The translations under genes were made by a program, and so were the position numbers. A model generated the notes under the pieces. That model was not told where the DNA came from. It searched no databases and saw only the letters and a list, made by a program, of their open reading frames with translations. DNA of 64,000 bases from Thermoproteota archaeon. GTDB taxonomy: Archaea > Thermoproteota > EX4484-205 > JAAOZP01. Positions 30,190 through 39,794 of the stretch are shown here, piece by piece (position 1 is the first letter of the stretch; each line of letters begins with the position of its first letter). Where the stretch lies: NCBI GenBank assembly GCA_038861395.1, contig JAWCDE010000003.1, forward strand, positions 3,536 through 67,535. Direction: 5' to 3'.

Positions 30190-30817
30190 CTTTTTTAATC
30201 CTCCTTACAATAGTTTCGAAACTCGGAGACTTGCCCACTAGAATTAGATCCTGCAACCCCTGAAAATCTTTCGGTTCAGAATTTAAGAAAGAAGATAGCT
30301 TGTCTAAATCTTCACCTACCTTATTCTTGTCGCATAAATCTATTAAATAGAAGATATCATAGAGGTCTTTAGCAGACCTACGGTTTATGAAAGCTTTCAC
30401 TTTCTCTCTCAAGAGGCTTTCAGGCGTAAGCGTAACCACAACCATACTGCTCCCATCCACAAGCCAGAAATTCGCTTCAGTAGTTTCAATATCCTTGGGA
30501 GCGGGCGAAGCCTCTAGCTCGATAATGGCATCGTTACCTATTTTTAAGTAAAGGACTTTAGACGAAGTTATTTTTGATTTAAGTACCTTGAAAATCTTTG
30601 CCGAATAGAAATAATCAGCTAAATCCTCAGGATTATTATGATAAACATCTATATCATAAGAGAATCTTTTCCCGCCGTAAACTCTCCATACCGCCGTACC
30701 ACCGTGAAGGATAAAATCGAAGCTTTTGGAAAGCTCCATCAAGAGTAAATCCTGAAGCTCACCAATACTAAGAAGCTTTCCTTTCAGTATTTTGAATAGC
30801 GGAATCCTATGAAACAT
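30176..30817 (-). CDS. nucleotidyltransferase, AbiEii/DUF1814 family (putative type IV toxin)
   Basis: ILHGGTAVWRVYGGKRFSYDIDVY matches the AbiEii N-terminal GGTAL...RfSeDiDf nucleotidyltransferase motif. Confidence 0.55.
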   Translation of the reverse strand: MFHRIPLFKILKGKLLSIGELQDLLLMELSKSFDFILHGGTAVWRVYGGKRFSYDIDVYHNNPEDLADYFYSAKIFKVLKSKITSSKVLYLKIGNDAIIELEASPAPKDIETTEANFWLVDGSSMVVVTLTPESLLREKVKAFINRRSAKDLYDIFYLIDLCDKNKVGEDLDKLSSFLNSEPKDFQGLQDLILVGKSPSFETIVRRIKKDAIS

Positions 30818-30859
30818 ATATTATTTGTTTACCAAGGTTATATATAAGTATAACCCTGG

Positions 30860-31900
30860 TCAACGTATTAGTGGTATTTTGAAACCACATTTTGGACATG
30901 TGTTGTCAACAGTTATTACATTGCTTACGACTATGAATCCAAAGCGTTTTATTAAAAGTTCTCCACATTGGGGACACCAAGTATTCTCATACCTATGCCC
31001 AGGGACATTACCGATATAGGGGAACAATACTCCCAAAGATCGAGCTAACTCCCTTGCCTTTTCTAAAGTTTTAACAGGTGTAGGGGGTGCATTAAACTTA
31101 TACTCCGGATGATAACGCGTAAAGTGAATCGGCACATCTGGTCCAAGTTCTTTAAGATGCTTTTCTATTAACTGCCTCAGACATTCGTCGTCATCGTTTA
31201 CTCCGGGAATTACGAGATTAACTATTTCTACATGGAGGCCGAGTTCCCTAGCCCTATGAGCATTCCTCCAGACTATTTCAGCCTTAACTCCTCCACAATA
31301 TTTTTCGTAAGCTTCTTCATCACCCTTAACATCGAATTTTATAGCATCTAGGCCAGCTTTTGCAAGAGCCTCCAATGCTTGAACTGTCATATACCCGTTT
31401 GAAACATAAGTATTGTAAAGACCCCGGCTCTTAGCTATTGGAAAAAGATCCAAGCTGTACTCAAGCAAAAGGGTGGGTTCATTAAAAGATATGGAGGTAC
31501 CGCTACAGCCATTACTCCAAGCAATACTCAAAAATTCCTCAGGGCTAACGTAATTAGCCTTCCCAGGGTCTGGTTGGACTTTAGAAATCTCATAATTTTG
31601 ACACCAAGGGCAGGCGAAGTTGCAACTCCATGTACCTACAGTAAGGGCAAAGGTACCGGGATGAAAATGGAAGAAGGGTTTTTTCTCGATAGGGTTTGCT
31701 GAGATAGAAGAGATGTCTCCGTAGACAATCGTGTATAGTTTTCCCTCAACATTCACCCTGGTGCCGCAGAATCCCTGAGAACCTTCTTTAATCCTGCATC
31801 GGCGCTCGCAGGTTAAGCATACTGTCTCGTTTTCACCAATCTCCTCATAGAACCTCGCTTCCTTAACCGTCGAGTACCGCGTAAGCTCAGTCCACTTCAA
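30860..31900 (-). CDS. radical SAM enzyme, AmmeMemoRadiSam-system / PflA-like activase family
   Basis: CNFACPWC (Cx3Cx2C), an N-terminal Cys cluster CLTCERRCRIKEGSQGFCGTR and a C-terminal zinc ribbon CPQCG...CPKCG. Confidence 0.7.
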   Translation of the reverse strand: MKWTELTRYSTVKEARFYEEIGENETVCLTCERRCRIKEGSQGFCGTRVNVEGKLYTIVYGDISSISANPIEKKPFFHFHPGTFALTVGTWSCNFACPWCQNYEISKVQPDPGKANYVSPEEFLSIAWSNGCSGTSISFNEPTLLLEYSLDLFPIAKSRGLYNTYVSNGYMTVQALEALAKAGLDAIKFDVKGDEEAYEKYCGGVKAEIVWRNAHRARELGLHVEIVNLVIPGVNDDDECLRQLIEKHLKELGPDVPIHFTRYHPEYKFNAPPTPVKTLEKARELARSLGVLFPYIGNVPGHRYENTWCPQCGELLIKRFGFIVVSNVITVDNTCPKCGFKIPLIR

Positions 31901-32203
31901 CGTTTTTTAAAAAGCTTCTAGAAGTAAAAGTCTTTCTCTAATGAAACTACTTTTTGGGTAAAAAAGATTGGTTTCTTATAAAGCTTCCTTAATTATAGGA
32001 TACTTAGTTAACTCTGCATCCAGCTTTAAACCCGTCTAATGAAAACCTATATAATGCATCCTTAAAGCTTTTTAAAATAATTATATTATTATGAGAATCT
32101 CTCTGCCTTTTAAGATTCTTTATACAAATATTAACTTTGGAATTTGGAATACCGAAGACTTAAATAGTTGTGTTAATTCTCTTTCTCCTAATTTAGGAAT
32201 AGA

Positions 32204-32665
32204 ATGACGGGAAAACAGATTATTGCTTGCATACTATCTTTGGCAGGAGCAGTTCTAATCCTTTTCAGCGGAATACTTCTGGGAATAATAGCCATTTTAC
32301 TGGGGGTAATTATATCATTTACCAGATGGATACCTATAATTGGGTTACTTTTTGAATTTTTTGGAGAAGAGCTAACATCTTTGGGAATATGGTTGATTAT
32401 AGTGACGAGTATAATCGGGGTATTAATAATTATTGGTGCTGTTATGATCCTCTCAAAAAGTAAGAGCAGAGTTATAAAAGGCTCAATATTAGTCATTGCC
32501 CTTTCTATAATTGCTGTCTTCTTTATTGGGGGATGCTTCTCACCTATGGGCATTGCCTCACTAGAAACTTTATTCTACGTAGGCATCTTACTAGAGATGA
32601 TCGGCGGCACACTCGGTCTTCTCTGGAGGCCTTCAGACCCGTCGCCTCCACCACCCCCTCCTTAA
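32204..32665 (+). CDS. small polytopic membrane protein with C-terminal polyproline tail
   Basis: Four hydrophobic helices and the ending RPSDPSPPPPPP. The antisense ORF 32188-32553 is judged a shadow. Confidence 0.45.
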   Translation: MTGKQIIACILSLAGAVLILFSGILLGIIAILLGVIISFTRWIPIIGLLFEFFGEELTSLGIWLIIVTSIIGVLIIIGAVMILSKSKSRVIKGSILVIALSIIAVFFIGGCFSPMGIASLETLFYVGILLEMIGGTLGLLWRPSDPSPPPPPP

Positions 32666-32746
32666 CAGAATCGTTTCGACTTTTCTATTCTTGGAATTGA
32701 AAATAACCAAAGGCTTGAAAATTTCAAAACGGTTACCGTAAGAAGT

Positions 32747-33253
32747 TTACAAACCCATTAAACACTCTACTTTTTTCTTAAGAGGCTTAAGCTCAGCGCT
32801 TTCGAGCATGCTGAACACCTGTTTTCTAGTTTCCTCTTCTATCCTGGCAAGTTTATGGCCTATCATCATATATCTCCTAGCCTGAATATCTGTAGACAGG
32901 AGATCACATAGTTTTGCTACTTTAGCCTCCTTAGTTTCACCTTTCAGAAATTCTAATATAAGATTCACGATATTGTCTGACTCTATCTCCATTGCAGCCT
33001 CAGTATCGTTCCTAGTTATTCTTGAAGACGTCCACTTCGGAATATCGCCCATCACTGCCTCAGGGAGATCGTGAACGAGAGCCAGTGTAGCAGCCTTCTC
33101 TGGATTTGCACCCACAATCGGGGCTAGCTCTATAGCTAATATCGCAGCCTCGAAAGAATGCCCAGCCACGGTCTCAGCATCAGTCACACCAAGCTGCATC
33201 CAACCGGTTCTCTTAAGGCATTTGACAGCGTTTATCACATCCAATATATTCAT
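32747..33253 (-). CDS. HD-domain phosphohydrolase (YfbR-like 5'-deoxynucleotidase family)
   Basis: HSFEAAILA...LVHDLPEAVMGDIP contains the H...HD...D metal ligands. Confidence 0.75.
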   Translation of the reverse strand: MNILDVINAVKCLKRTGWMQLGVTDAETVAGHSFEAAILAIELAPIVGANPEKAATLALVHDLPEAVMGDIPKWTSSRITRNDTEAAMEIESDNIVNLILEFLKGETKEAKVAKLCDLLSTDIQARRYMMIGHKLARIEEETRKQVFSMLESAELKPLKKKVECLMGL

Positions 33254-33289
33254 AGCCTATGTCTATAATACCCTATAGAAAAACTTTCT

Positions 33290-34945
33290 TTACATTATTC
33301 CCGCATCTATACGGCCAGCCGCACCCCAGAATCTCTCAACTATCTTCTCTAAACCATTTGGTTTTCTTTCCGACAACCAGAGCTTACAATACTTATTAGC
33401 TAGAGAGATGAAGTCTGATGGCTTAACAGCATTATTCAGCCTTTTTAAACATACTTCAATACAACTTCTTATGAATTCAAGATCCTCTGGAAGGGATACT
33501 CTCCTAAATCTTTCTAGAAGATTTTTCCAAGATTCTTTTAAGGATTCTTTTACATCATCTGACATTCTGTAATACCAGAAGTCTGCAAAAAGTACGTGTT
33601 TCAAGATGTCTGAAACTTTGGGTTCTCCAAATGATTTCCTGGCTTCAATTATTTCAAAGGGTTCACCAGTTAATACGCTCCACTTCTCCTCCCACCTCCC
33701 GTCTCCTTCAGCATACTCCATGCATGCAAGTATAAGGGGGTCGAGGAAAGAGAATAAACATTCTTCACCATCATCCCCCCACGCTGTAACCATGAATCCC
33801 TTCAGACCCTCCTCCCTAGCTGCTGTAAGAAAACCCTTCATGTTCTCCAGAGCAGTTCTAAAATTAGGATAATACCTATTCCAGTTTGAAAAACCGGGGC
33901 ATACTACTTGACGCATCTTTTTCTCCCCAAACATGTTTATCTTACTCTCAAAATATTTCTCATCACCCGGATTATAATCCCAGTTAGCAATCACAACGTC
34001 TCCCCATATTGGGCTCTCAACAACCCTTTCCCATTTTGACTTTTCCTCCTCCCTCAAGTACATTCCTGTCAGCATGTCTCCCCACATCACCGGTATCTTC
34101 CCTCTCTCCTTAACTATCTCAACCATCTTCCTATGGTGCTCCTCGTAAAGCCGGGGTCCTTCGAAGCTTCCAGTCTTGTCCAAGCTCCTCCCCCTGCCCA
34201 TTGCCCAAGTTTCATCTCCACCTATGTGTATGTATTTTGAGGGTGAAGCATCTATTGCTTCATTCAGTAATTCGTATGCAAACTTCCTTGCTTCCTCGTT
34301 GCTAACGTCTAAACACCCCTCTCTAGGGTTATGCCACTCACTGAAAACCCAGTACTCGGGTAATGAGAGTATGTGCTCCATGTGACCAGCTAATTCTAGT
34401 GATGGAAAGACCTCTATCCCCAGTTCTCTTCCGTAGTTAACAATCTCCAAATACTCTTGTTTAGAAAGCCTCCCCCTATGGGCACCAATATTCGGATGCT
34501 TCTGCCAGGGAAAGAGGTCCTCGAAATATATTGCGAAATAATTATACTTTAAGAGGAAAAGCCATCTTAAAATTCTTTTAAAAGTTTCAACTTTAGGAAC
34601 TCCTCCACGTGCAATGTCAAGATGGAAGCCTCTAAATGAGAATCTAAACTCCTCTATCACTTTAATTTCTGGAATGTAACCAGGGTTCTGCTTCAGAAGC
34701 TGGATAATCGTCGCATAGCAAACCTTCTCATCGCCCCATATGGCTACTTTTTTATCCTCTCCTCTTACATGTACGCCATTCCCATTTCCTGTGGTTTTTA
34801 TTATCCTCCATGAGCCTTGAGGAATAGCGAACTCCTTGCTGAAAAATTCAGGAAGATCTATCCCATCGAATTCAAACCATTTTCCAGAAAACTCCTGTCC
34901 CCTAGGCTCTGGAACTATTTTCACGCTTTTTCCAGGATGATTCAT
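33290..34945 (-). CDS. glycoside hydrolase family 20 beta-N-acetylhexosaminidase-like
   Basis: FRGFHLDIARGG resembles the GH20 RGxMLDxSR motif, and YIHIGGDETW contains the GH20 catalytic HxGGDE motif. Confidence 0.7.
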   Translation of the reverse strand: MNHPGKSVKIVPEPRGQEFSGKWFEFDGIDLPEFFSKEFAIPQGSWRIIKTTGNGNGVHVRGEDKKVAIWGDEKVCYATIIQLLKQNPGYIPEIKVIEEFRFSFRGFHLDIARGGVPKVETFKRILRWLFLLKYNYFAIYFEDLFPWQKHPNIGAHRGRLSKQEYLEIVNYGRELGIEVFPSLELAGHMEHILSLPEYWVFSEWHNPREGCLDVSNEEARKFAYELLNEAIDASPSKYIHIGGDETWAMGRGRSLDKTGSFEGPRLYEEHHRKMVEIVKERGKIPVMWGDMLTGMYLREEEKSKWERVVESPIWGDVVIANWDYNPGDEKYFESKINMFGEKKMRQVVCPGFSNWNRYYPNFRTALENMKGFLTAAREEGLKGFMVTAWGDDGEECLFSFLDPLILACMEYAEGDGRWEEKWSVLTGEPFEIIEARKSFGEPKVSDILKHVLFADFWYYRMSDDVKESLKESWKNLLERFRRVSLPEDLEFIRSCIEVCLKRLNNAVKPSDFISLANKYCKLWLSERKPNGLEKIVERFWGAAGRIDAGIM

Positions 34946-35123
34946 GATTTAATGACTTTGAATTAGAATATAAAGTTTGTTTTGCGATTTAATTCAACGA
35001 TGTTTTAGACAAGTAATAAACCACGTCTTTTTAATACTGGCTGGCACTATTTTCTCTTGAATGCTTTTTGTTGTATAAAATTCGAATGATGTTTATATAA
35101 CCCAACTATAGAATCATTCGGAA

Positions 35124-36335
35124 TTGAGTTCTCTGGAGAACGTTAGGGAACTTCTCAAATATCATGGAGAAGTAAAAAGAGAAGTTTACTTAGATTTTGA
35201 AAACTCTGCGCCAGTCCCAAACGAGGTCCTTGAGGAAATGCTGCCCTATTTCAATTCTAAGGCTTACGGCAACCCTACGCTCACCCATAAGCAGGGCTGG
35301 GAGGCCTATGAGACTATTATGGAGGCTGCAAGCAGTATCGCCGAATCCATAGGAGCTTCTCCAGAAGAATTGTGTTTCACAAGTGGTGAAACAGAAGCCA
35401 ATAATACTGCAATCCTAGGCTCAGTATCGAACAAAAAGGGGAAGGTCATCGCCTCCGCAATAGACCCGTTGACAATCCTATTACCTCTTGAGATGCTTGA
35501 GAAAAGAGGGTTTACCGTAGTTAAAATTCCTGTAGATTCAGAAGGTTTCGTGAACCTTGAAGAGTTTTCAAAGGCCATTGACAAGGATACCGTGTTGGTA
35601 AGCATGGGCATTGTTAACAACGAGATCGGTACAATACAACCTTTTAAAGAACTAGTGGAGATTGCTAAGGATAAGAATCCCGAAGTAATAGTCCACATGG
35701 ATGCTTCGGATGCTTATGGAAGAATAATGTTTAACGTTAAAGAGCTGGATGTCGATTTACTTACTTTAAGCAGCTATAAGATAATGGGTCCCAGGGGTGT
35801 TGCCGCCTTATACGTTAGAGAAGGAGTGAAGGTTGAGAGGATTATTGAAGGGCCTGTGGGAACTCAAAGCCTCTGGCCAGGTATTGAAAATACTCCTCTA
35901 ATAGTAGGTTTCAAAAAGGCGTCTCAAATCGCTTTCGAAAAATTTGAGGAAAGCGTTAACCATATGAGGAAGTTGAGAGACACGTTAATAAATGGGCTTC
36001 TAAGTATTGAAGACACTCTTATAAATGGACCGCTAGGAGAGAAGAGAGCACCCGACAATGTTAACATAAGCTTCTTACATTGTGAAGGGGAATCGCTAAC
36101 CATAGAGTTGAGTTTGAGAGGGGTATATGTTTCAAGCGGAAGCGCTTGCACCAGGAGGATACTCCAGCCCAGCCATGTGCTGATAGCGATAGGAAGAGAG
36201 TATGAGGTAGCTCACGGAAGCATCCTTATGAAGATCTCCAGGTACCATAGTGTGGATGATGTGGAGTACGTCATAGAGTCTTTTAAACCGGCTGTTGAAA
36301 GAATAAGGTCGATGAGCCCCACGAGGAGGATGTGA
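35124..36335 (+). CDS. iscS: cysteine desulfurase (IscS/NifS family)
   Basis: Class V aminotransferase fold with SSGSACT active-site loop. Confidence 0.9.
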   Translation: MSSLENVRELLKYHGEVKREVYLDFENSAPVPNEVLEEMLPYFNSKAYGNPTLTHKQGWEAYETIMEAASSIAESIGASPEELCFTSGETEANNTAILGSVSNKKGKVIASAIDPLTILLPLEMLEKRGFTVVKIPVDSEGFVNLEEFSKAIDKDTVLVSMGIVNNEIGTIQPFKELVEIAKDKNPEVIVHMDASDAYGRIMFNVKELDVDLLTLSSYKIMGPRGVAALYVREGVKVERIIEGPVGTQSLWPGIENTPLIVGFKKASQIAFEKFEESVNHMRKLRDTLINGLLSIEDTLINGPLGEKRAPDNVNISFLHCEGESLTIELSLRGVYVSSGSACTRRILQPSHVLIAIGREYEVAHGSILMKISRYHSVDDVEYVIESFKPAVERIRSMSPTRRM

Positions 36336-36338
36336 GAA

Positions 36339-36839
36339 ATGTCTAGGTCGCCGTTACCATATAGCCAGAAGATTCTCGAACTATTTAGAAATCCGAAGAA
36401 TCTCGGCAGGATGGAGGATGCTACTGTCTCAGCCAGCGCTGGCAACCCAGCCTGCGGAGACATTATATCCTTCTACCTCAAAATAGATGAGAACATGGTT
36501 ATAACTAAAGCGAGCTTTGAGAGCTATGGTTGTGCTGCCAATATTGCTACGGCAAGCATGCTCACTGAGATAGTGAAGGGCAAGACTTTGGAAGAGGCTT
36601 GGAGAATAAGCTGGAAGGATGTGGCAGATGAGGTCGGAGGATTGCCGTCAGTCAAATTTCATTGCGGGATATTGGCAGTCGGAGCCTTGAGAAGGGCGAT
36701 AAGAGAATTCTTTAAAAAGAAGGGGTTTAAACCTGATTGGATGCCTGAGAAAGAAACTTTTGAAGAAAAACAGGCATTGGAAGAGGAGGAATTAGCAAAG
36801 ATCATCTCCCGAAGATTCATACCAGGTGAGGGAAAGTGA
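36339..36839 (+). CDS. iscU: Fe-S cluster assembly scaffold IscU/NifU-like
   Basis: NPACGDIISFYLKI, SYGCAANIATASMLTE and LPSVKFHCGILAVGAL carry the three conserved Cys. Confidence 0.85.
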   Translation: MSRSPLPYSQKILELFRNPKNLGRMEDATVSASAGNPACGDIISFYLKIDENMVITKASFESYGCAANIATASMLTEIVKGKTLEEAWRISWKDVADEVGGLPSVKFHCGILAVGALRRAIREFFKKKGFKPDWMPEKETFEEKQALEEEELAKIISRRFIPGEGK

Positions 36840-37105
36840 TTGAGGATTACGTGAGCAGGATAGAAGAGGCTTGCGGAGTCGCTAAGACGAAGGATTACGT
36901 AGTGATTCTAAAGCATGAAAAGAGGGGGGAAGCTCTAAAGAAAGTCCTTGATAAGAGCACAATTATCACAGAAATTCGAGGAGTTGCTGTAAAAGCAAAT
37001 TTTAAGGATAGAGAATTCACGCTTTTCATGAACGGGAGGCTGATGTTCAAGTCTCTCAGAGACAAAGAGGAGTTGAACACACTCCTTATGGAACTGCTCG
37101 GATAA
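36836..37105 (+). CDS. hypothetical small protein co-transcribed with iscSU
   Basis: 89-aa ORF overlapping the iscU stop by 4 nt, with no recognisable motif. Confidence 0.45.
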   Translation: MIEDYVSRIEEACGVAKTKDYVVILKHEKRGEALKKVLDKSTIITEIRGVAVKANFKDREFTLFMNGRLMFKSLRDKEELNTLLMELLG

Positions 37106-37168
37106 CCGGTAACTTTTCTACCAGGATTTTCTAAAAACTTTTAAACTCTTTTTAAAAAAGCAGGAGTA

Positions 37169-38028
37169 TTGCCCAATAGAAAGTCAGAATTACTAGGATA
37201 CTTCTATATTTCGGTTGCATCATTAATCTGGGGCTCTAATGGGGTCATCGTAAACAGGGTTCCGTTAGATGCTTTCACGATTGCTTTTCTAAGAGTTCTT
37301 TTCGCAAGCCTCGCCCTTTTCCCCTTTCTTCTCCTGATTAAAAGACGCGAGGTTTTTGAGGCGGCTAAGGCTTGGAAAAGCATTATCGCGTTAGGAATAT
37401 GCTTAAGCCTAGGCTGGGCCCTCTTGTTCCAATCCATGAAGTTGATCAGCATCGCTAGCGCAGTCCTATTGAACTACATCGCTCCAGTTTTCGTAGCGTT
37501 CTTCTCACCGTTTTTCTTGAAAGAGAAAATAGAGGGAATAACTATAATCGCATTATCATTATGCATGATAGGGATGACCGTTATTTCCTACGAGCAGGGC
37601 TTAGGAAGCTTAAATATGCTTGGCGTCGTCCTCGGGCTGCTCGCAGGCCTCTCATACGCCGGTTTCATAATAATATCTAAAGCCACGGTAGCCAACTACT
37701 CCGGTCTGCCGTAGCATTCTACTCATACCTCGCGTGCACACTATTCCTCTCGCCGCTTCTCTTCACTGGCATGAGCCTGCCTGAAGATCCAGAATCATGG
37801 ATACTCATAGTCTTACTCGGATTTTTCAACACTGCATTCGCCGTCACCCTCTACCTGAAGGGGCTTAGCATCGTTAAGGCCCAGAAAGCAATCGTATTCA
37901 CCTACTTAGAGCCTGCTGGCGCAGTCGTATTCGGATACTTTTTCCTAATGCAAAAGCCCACCTTTCTAACGATTACAGGAGGGTTACTCATACTATTCGC
38001 AAGTTATCTTGTAGCCTCTAAACACTAA
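37169..38028 (+). pseudogene. EamA/DMT-family transporter interrupted by a frameshift near 37705-37715
   Basis: The first ORF (to 37714) carries one EamA domain and ends SKATVANYSGLP followed by a stop. A shifted frame continues VAFYSYLACTLFLSPLLFTGMSLPEDP into the second EamA half (37771-38028). This could be a true pseudogene or a sequencing error. Confidence 0.5.
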
Positions 38029-38055
38029 TTGAAAAAAGATGAAAAATATAAGAAA

Positions 38056-39198
38056 CTACATTGAGGAAGCTCTTCCAGAGAATGCCATTAGATAGAGCTT
38101 CTTCATGTCCTCGGGTGTTGGGGGGAAGGGGTGTCTGTTCAAATTCCTCCAGTAGGAGAGCGCGTCTGCAACCATAGCGTCCAATTCAGATTCGCTTACT
38201 CCCAGCTCTCTAAGACTCTTTGGAATCCCAATCTTGTCTGCGATGTACTCGATCTTCTTAACAAGCTCCATCCCATTCTCTAGACCTAGTTTTGAAGCAG
38301 CGTCATCCAGCTTTCCAAAACCCTTCTGAATCTCCAGCTTCATAGCATGGGGAAGCATCATTCCGTTGGCAAGCCCATGGTGCACCTCATGATAATTAGT
38401 AAGATAATAACCCATGGCGTGAACTATTTCAGTGCCAGCGCAGTTAATCGCCACACCAGCAAGCATACTCGCGTAAAGCATGTTCTCCCTGGCTTCCGGA
38501 GAGCCTTCAAAAGCTCCAATAATGTTTCCGAATATTATTTGGAGAGCCTCCAGTGCGAGAAGGTCTGAAAAAGGCGTGGAATCGTTGGAAGTGTATGCTT
38601 CTAGAGCATGGGAGAGGGCGTCGAAACCAGTGTATGCAACAAGCTTCTCAGAGAGGCTGTTTAAAACATCTGCGTCAAGGATTGCAACCCGAGGAACAAT
38701 CGCATCACCCAACAAGACTTCTTTTCTTTTTCTTGAAACATTAGTTAGGACAGCGTACTTAGTGACCTCGCTACCTGTTCCACATGTTGAGGGAATAGCG
38801 ATCACTGGCACGGCTTCCTCAACCTCCTTGGGTGCGAGATTATCCTCAAGCCTCGCATTGCTCTTCAATAGAAAGGCCATGCCCTTTGCAGCATCCATCG
38901 CACTACCGCCCCCAAATGCTACAACGAGATTACAATTGTTTTTCAAACCCTCCTCAGCACCTTTGTAAACAGTCTCTATAGAAGGATTTGGCTCAACCTT
39001 GTCGAAAACCGTTATCTTCAAACCCGGCTCTTCAAGGATTTTAACGAGGGTGTTTAGGTACCCGCTTCTCTTAGCGAAGCTTCTTCCAGTGACTAGTAGA
39101 CACCTGTCTCCAAGCCTGGCTGCTTCATCACCAACTCTGATTAAACCTCCCCTTCCGAAAACGATTTTAGTCCGCAAGCTGAATGTGAACGGCTTCAT
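38056..39198 (-). CDS. iron-containing alcohol dehydrogenase (Fe-ADH family)
   Basis: GGGSAMDAAKGMAFLL NAD/metal-binding motif, with His-rich metal ligands HAMGYYL...HHG. Confidence 0.85.
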   Translation of the reverse strand: MKPFTFSLRTKIVFGRGGLIRVGDEAARLGDRCLLVTGRSFAKRSGYLNTLVKILEEPGLKITVFDKVEPNPSIETVYKGAEEGLKNNCNLVVAFGGGSAMDAAKGMAFLLKSNARLEDNLAPKEVEEAVPVIAIPSTCGTGSEVTKYAVLTNVSRKRKEVLLGDAIVPRVAILDADVLNSLSEKLVAYTGFDALSHALEAYTSNDSTPFSDLLALEALQIIFGNIIGAFEGSPEARENMLYASMLAGVAINCAGTEIVHAMGYYLTNYHEVHHGLANGMMLPHAMKLEIQKGFGKLDDAASKLGLENGMELVKKIEYIADKIGIPKSLRELGVSESELDAMVADALSYWRNLNRHPFPPTPEDMKKLYLMAFSGRASSM

Positions 39199-39283
39199 AA
39201 GTGATCCTTGACTTACAGTCCTGAATACTTATTCTTTTCCCTATGGGTGCCGTATGCTGAACATGCCTGTTTTTGTATTCCTA

Positions 39284-39580
39284 GATTATGATAGACTCTT
39301 GCTTAGCCTCGCAAGGTAAAAGAGTCAGCCTATAGTCTTCCGGAAGAGAATTCATCACACGAGATACAGAGTAGACCCAAACCTCGAAATTAAGCTTCTG
39401 GTAAAGAGCCTTAACTGCTTCCTCAGCAGCCTGGTGGGTAGCAAAACAGGCCTACTCATAATCACCTAAATCAATCGAGCTCCTAGCATGCTCCAAATCC
39501 TTCGAAGCCTGCTTTAGCCACTCTCTGGCGCGGGAAAACACATAAACCACTTGAGAAATATATTTTTGGGAGGCGGAATA
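39284..39580 (-). pseudogene. decayed HEPN-domain gene (in-frame TAG, no start codon)
   Basis: Minus-strand frame reads ...REWLKQASKDLEHARSSIDLGDYE, stop, then ACFATHQAAEEAVKALYQKLNFEVWVYSVSRVMNSLPEDYRLTLLPCEAKQESIII, stop. It has a HEPN-like helical pattern with an internal amber at 39452-39454 and no ATG after the upstream stop. Confidence 0.45.
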
Positions 39581-39794
39581 TTAAACTATCGCAGACTCAT
39601 AAAGACCATTTCAAATACAGCATATTGCCTCCAATCAACTTACTGACGAATACTAAGCTTTCTCGCAGATCTTGTACGCATTAGCATCCGACCTCACATA
39701 CAGCTCCTCCGAAAAGATCTTTCAATACTTGACTCATTAGATTCCCACAAATAGTTCCAAAGAAAAAAAGGGAAAAAAGTATAGGTTACAGGTT

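Noticed and set aside
30860-31900. Radical SAM as prokaryotic viperin-like defence enzyme
   Set aside because: The N-terminal Cys cluster, CNFACPWC context and C-terminal zinc ribbon fit the PflA/AmmeMemoRadiSam activase family rather than the viperin CNYKCGFC context.
32188-32553. Minus-strand 121-aa ORF
   Set aside because: It overlaps the more plausible plus-strand polytopic membrane protein (32204-32665) and has low-complexity Ile/Pro-rich composition typical of an antisense shadow.
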